From NCBI GenBank assembly GCA_043228905.1, contig JBHGNT010000017.1, positions 15,376,001 through 15,440,000 of the forward strand: a DNA stretch of 64,000 nt, in the 5' to 3' direction. This document shows, in pieces, positions 60,421 through 64,000 of this stretch. Under the pieces are notes generated by a model. That model had not been told where the DNA came from. It did not search any database and saw nothing but the letters and a program-made list of their open reading frames with translations. The stretch comes from Azolla caroliniana (Eukaryota > Plantae > Polypodiophyta). Position 1 is the stretch's first letter, and each line of letters starts with the position of its first letter. The position numbers and the translations under genes were made by a program.

Positions 60421-63400
60421 CATCCAAAGATGGTCATTGAGTAGTCAGTTTTAATGTTGGAAGAGTTATGAATGTTTAGGGTGTGGCAATGTCATGCATG
60501 CAATGAAATTATGTTGAATGTATATGTTCACCGGATGAAAATGTTATTGATTATAGGAAAGTCAATGCTATGTCCATGTTTGCCATGTGGCATCCACTCA
60601 AGCAAAACTTTCTATAGATGTGACTTCTAGGTTTATGTTGTTTAGTCACATCTAGTCTATTTTGTTGCCACATGAATATATGATTGCTTGATAAAGATTT
60701 CAAGCTATTGCCAATCATTTAGTGACCCAATGGCCCTTAAAAAACTATTACATTTATGTAGACCCTTCCAATGCATGCATGTATGTATGTGCATCCAAAG
60801 AACTCGGTAAATTTGCAAACTTGAATATTTATGAAGACATTGCTCCCTCACACAAAAGATGAGTCCAGACAAAGAATCAACCTAATATGAGAACACATTA
60901 AAGCTTATATTGAAGCATTCTAGCAAGTGAGTGCATCTCCTATTGGGACAATCTTCGATTCATATTTTTGGAGGACTTATATCAACATCGTGCACACTGT
61001 ATACTAGGAGACTAGATGTTGTATTAATCCTGGCTAAGTGGCACATTTAATGACCTAGTGGAAAGAACTATGACCATAATAAAAAGACAATAGTCCAATG
61101 TTTTTCAATAAATTGACTAGTATGGTCTAGTAGTCATTTAAGAAGTTTGCACAATATGCCATAACCATATGATAATGTCTCATAAAAGCACTTGATTACC
61201 CAATAAAGGATTAGTTATTGCAAACCATATCATTGCAATATGTAGTGAATCAATGAATATTACATGTAGGTATCTCCTTTATGTATGTACATATGGCCAA
61301 GTAAATAATCAAAGACCAATCAACATGTTGATCAACAAACCCTATAGACGTATGTAATATCATGTGCCTGTGTACAAACGAACCCGACAGAATTACTTGT
61401 TTGAATATTTACAAAGATGCCAATAGATGCATTGATGAAAACTATTTGTGAACATCTACACACATGCCTCAACCAGTTAGCCATTTGAATTGAAATGCTC
61501 TAATAATAAACAACACATAAATCCAAAAACAAGAGGGCCAACATTTCCTCTATAACCACTTTTGTGGCATTATCATCCAATCTTTCATAAACTTAACAAA
61601 AGGAAAAGAGATAAATGTAAGTTCCCTTCATATCCTCGGTTGTTAAAGGGAGGGCCATACTTAACAATGAAAGGAGAAAAGTAAAGGTCTTACAATAACA
61701 TTGCACACCCTTTATTATGTGCCATAATGAGTCATTATTTTAATATTCACAACCACATTATGTGAGATGACTCAAATGAAGCGATATGTCTCCACTTTAT
61801 CGTATTTTGTTAATTGGTGAAGTTTCATTTGATTTAACATACCAAGGATTGTCATAATGACACATTGTAAATGATTGATGAAGACATGAAAAGAAGGTTG
61901 AAGCTAATATTGTTTATGTTCTTCTAAATCCAAACTATTCTACTCTAAATTGAACTAGTGATTATACATGTGGGAAATCATGAGTGTGATAACCATACAA
62001 TCTCGAATTATTGTTAGTGGCACATTGTAGAAACCAATAATTTTGAAGGACAATTACAATGGAGGATTGCTAACACTAATGTTGCCTAGGAAATGACAAG
62101 AAAGCTTAGGCTATTTTCTATCACATTAAACAAAAGAGGAAAGAGCCTTTAAGTGAAGAATTCACAAATTGATCCTCGCAAATTGATCCATGCCAACGCA
62201 CTATATATAATTATTCATCCAACTTAACACCTAATATGGGAAAGAAATAATAGTTGAACCCCTTGATTTTGGATTGGATCAACTTGAATCGATCCCTAAA
62301 CCCAAGAGAAAGGATTTGTCCCCAAGGTTGCTAATGGAGAAAATTTCCTAGAAAAGATTAATTGGCCTTTGTAATAAGAGATTGAACCCAATCATCTAGC
62401 TTCTATTGAGGAACGAATGTATATTAGCATGAACTCCTCAAGTAGTCTTTCTTTATTAGACCTTGAAATATTGTAGCAAAACAATTCTCATTAGTAAGAA
62501 TTCAAAATGTTTTGAGCCTCTCGAGAAAGTTAAAAATAAATATATGTAACGAGGTATAAGAAATTATTCTAAATTTAATTATTGAATAAATGAGGTACGA
62601 AAGGATTTTTCCAAGGATCATCAAACTCATGAAAAGATGTTCCCAAGGCACACAAAAAATGTTAAGATTACCCAGGTGAAAACAATTGTACATAAATATA
62701 TATAAGTGAAGCATATTGAGTGAAGTTGAAGCCACTGGCAATCATTTCACGAGGGACAAAATGCACTTTTTTAGCATTACAAGCAATCTCCATAACTAAA
62801 GCCATGTTTTTTCAAGGATACACTTAGGAAAACGCAGGGTGTCATGTATGTTCAACGCATTTTTCTCTCAAAAGTCAAAGTGGGTTCCTATTGGAACTTT
62901 GATTGAGTATATAGTATTAAAAATATTGTGCATTGAAATCATGGGATTTTGTTGGAACGGTATCCATGTTATGGCTAGAGACACCCGTATATTTGGCCTT
63001 TTTTTATGCTCATATCATTCTCTTATGAATTGTCGTTTTAATTTTCTAAGCTTAGTAAGCTTGAAATTCAAGTTCTCGCATGATTCATTGGTTCGTTTTC
63101 TAGAAATCTTGATGGCAAATGAAAATAATATAGACATTTCTTTTGAAAACATGTAAATGCGGTCAAGGACTAAAGAAGAAGTAGAATTGACAAATGATGA
63201 ATCACATCTATCTCTATCTATTGTAGAAGAAGAGTCAAATGACTATGTGCGTTGGTTTCCTATTAAAAATCGAATATTTACTTGCAATTTCATGAATTTA
63301 TTTATCTATCACATTACAAGAAAATAATTGAACTACATTTATGCCTCTGGATGAAACATATAACAATGCATATGTACTTTTAAACAATACAATAATACTT

Positions 63401-64000
63401 GAAACCTATAGTGTGAAAGCAACATTGTCACTATACCATTGCATATATAACATCTAGTGTAATCTTGTTCGATTCCATATTTTAGTTATATAAACATGAT
63501 AGTGTAGTGTCAAAGCTTGTCGGTTCAAGTCTTGATCAATTTTTTTGCATTAACATTATGGAGGACTCTTCCTCATTTGAGGTTCATATAATGCACACTA
63601 CGAAGCTATTCTTTACAACATTGACATTGGTACATATTTTCATAGTATGAAGAGAGAGAATGGTCACATTTCCTAAGAAGGCAACGATAACAAATAATCA
63701 GTGCATTTATTCATTATAAACATAATTTACAATATGTGAGCATCAAATATGCAACTGAGTGCTCATTTAGTTTGATTTTCAATGTCTCGAATTTACACAA
63801 CTCAGAAAACATTGGTGCACATTTTCAAGACACGTCAAGAAAGAGGATGTAGCATCTCACTATATACAATGAAAAGTCTTTTGATGAAGGCAAAATGAAA
63901 TTTGCTACTTACAAGTTATCACAAGCCTTAATGTTTAAATCTCTTTGTGGAAGAGACTAATATGATGTAATTACGAAGACAATTGTCAATTGTTGTTCCT

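Noticed and set aside
58105-64000. Host gene in the AT-rich tail of the window
   Set aside because: Only short ORFs without motifs; no exon chain could be supported.

Overview
Eukaryotic, transposon-only window from a land plant; the element families suggest a non-seed plant such as a fern or lycophyte (inference). No intact host gene was found. Bases 1-39794 are a six-deep nest of LTR retrotransposons, resolved by LTR pairs and target-site duplications (TSDs): Copia H (-) > Copia P (+) > Copia-1 > non-autonomous element N > tRNA-Trp-primed Gypsy C > chromovirus E. A side branch runs P > Gypsy D (-) > Copia F. Bases 40299-51527 are a decayed Mutator-like element with ~460-bp inverted repeats that contains Copia G. 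Two 5'-truncated LINEs and AT-rich DNA follow. The most unusual item is element N (6131-21623): it has direct LTRs and a perfect 5-bp TSD but no polypurine tract (PPT). It instead carries a tRNA-Arg-type primer-binding site (PBS) at both ends of its internal region, in inverted orientation, which suggests tRNA priming of both DNA strands. N also carries a captured EF-1alpha fragment. A tRNA-derived Pol III module sits in both LTRs of Gypsy D. All counts and alignments were made by eye.
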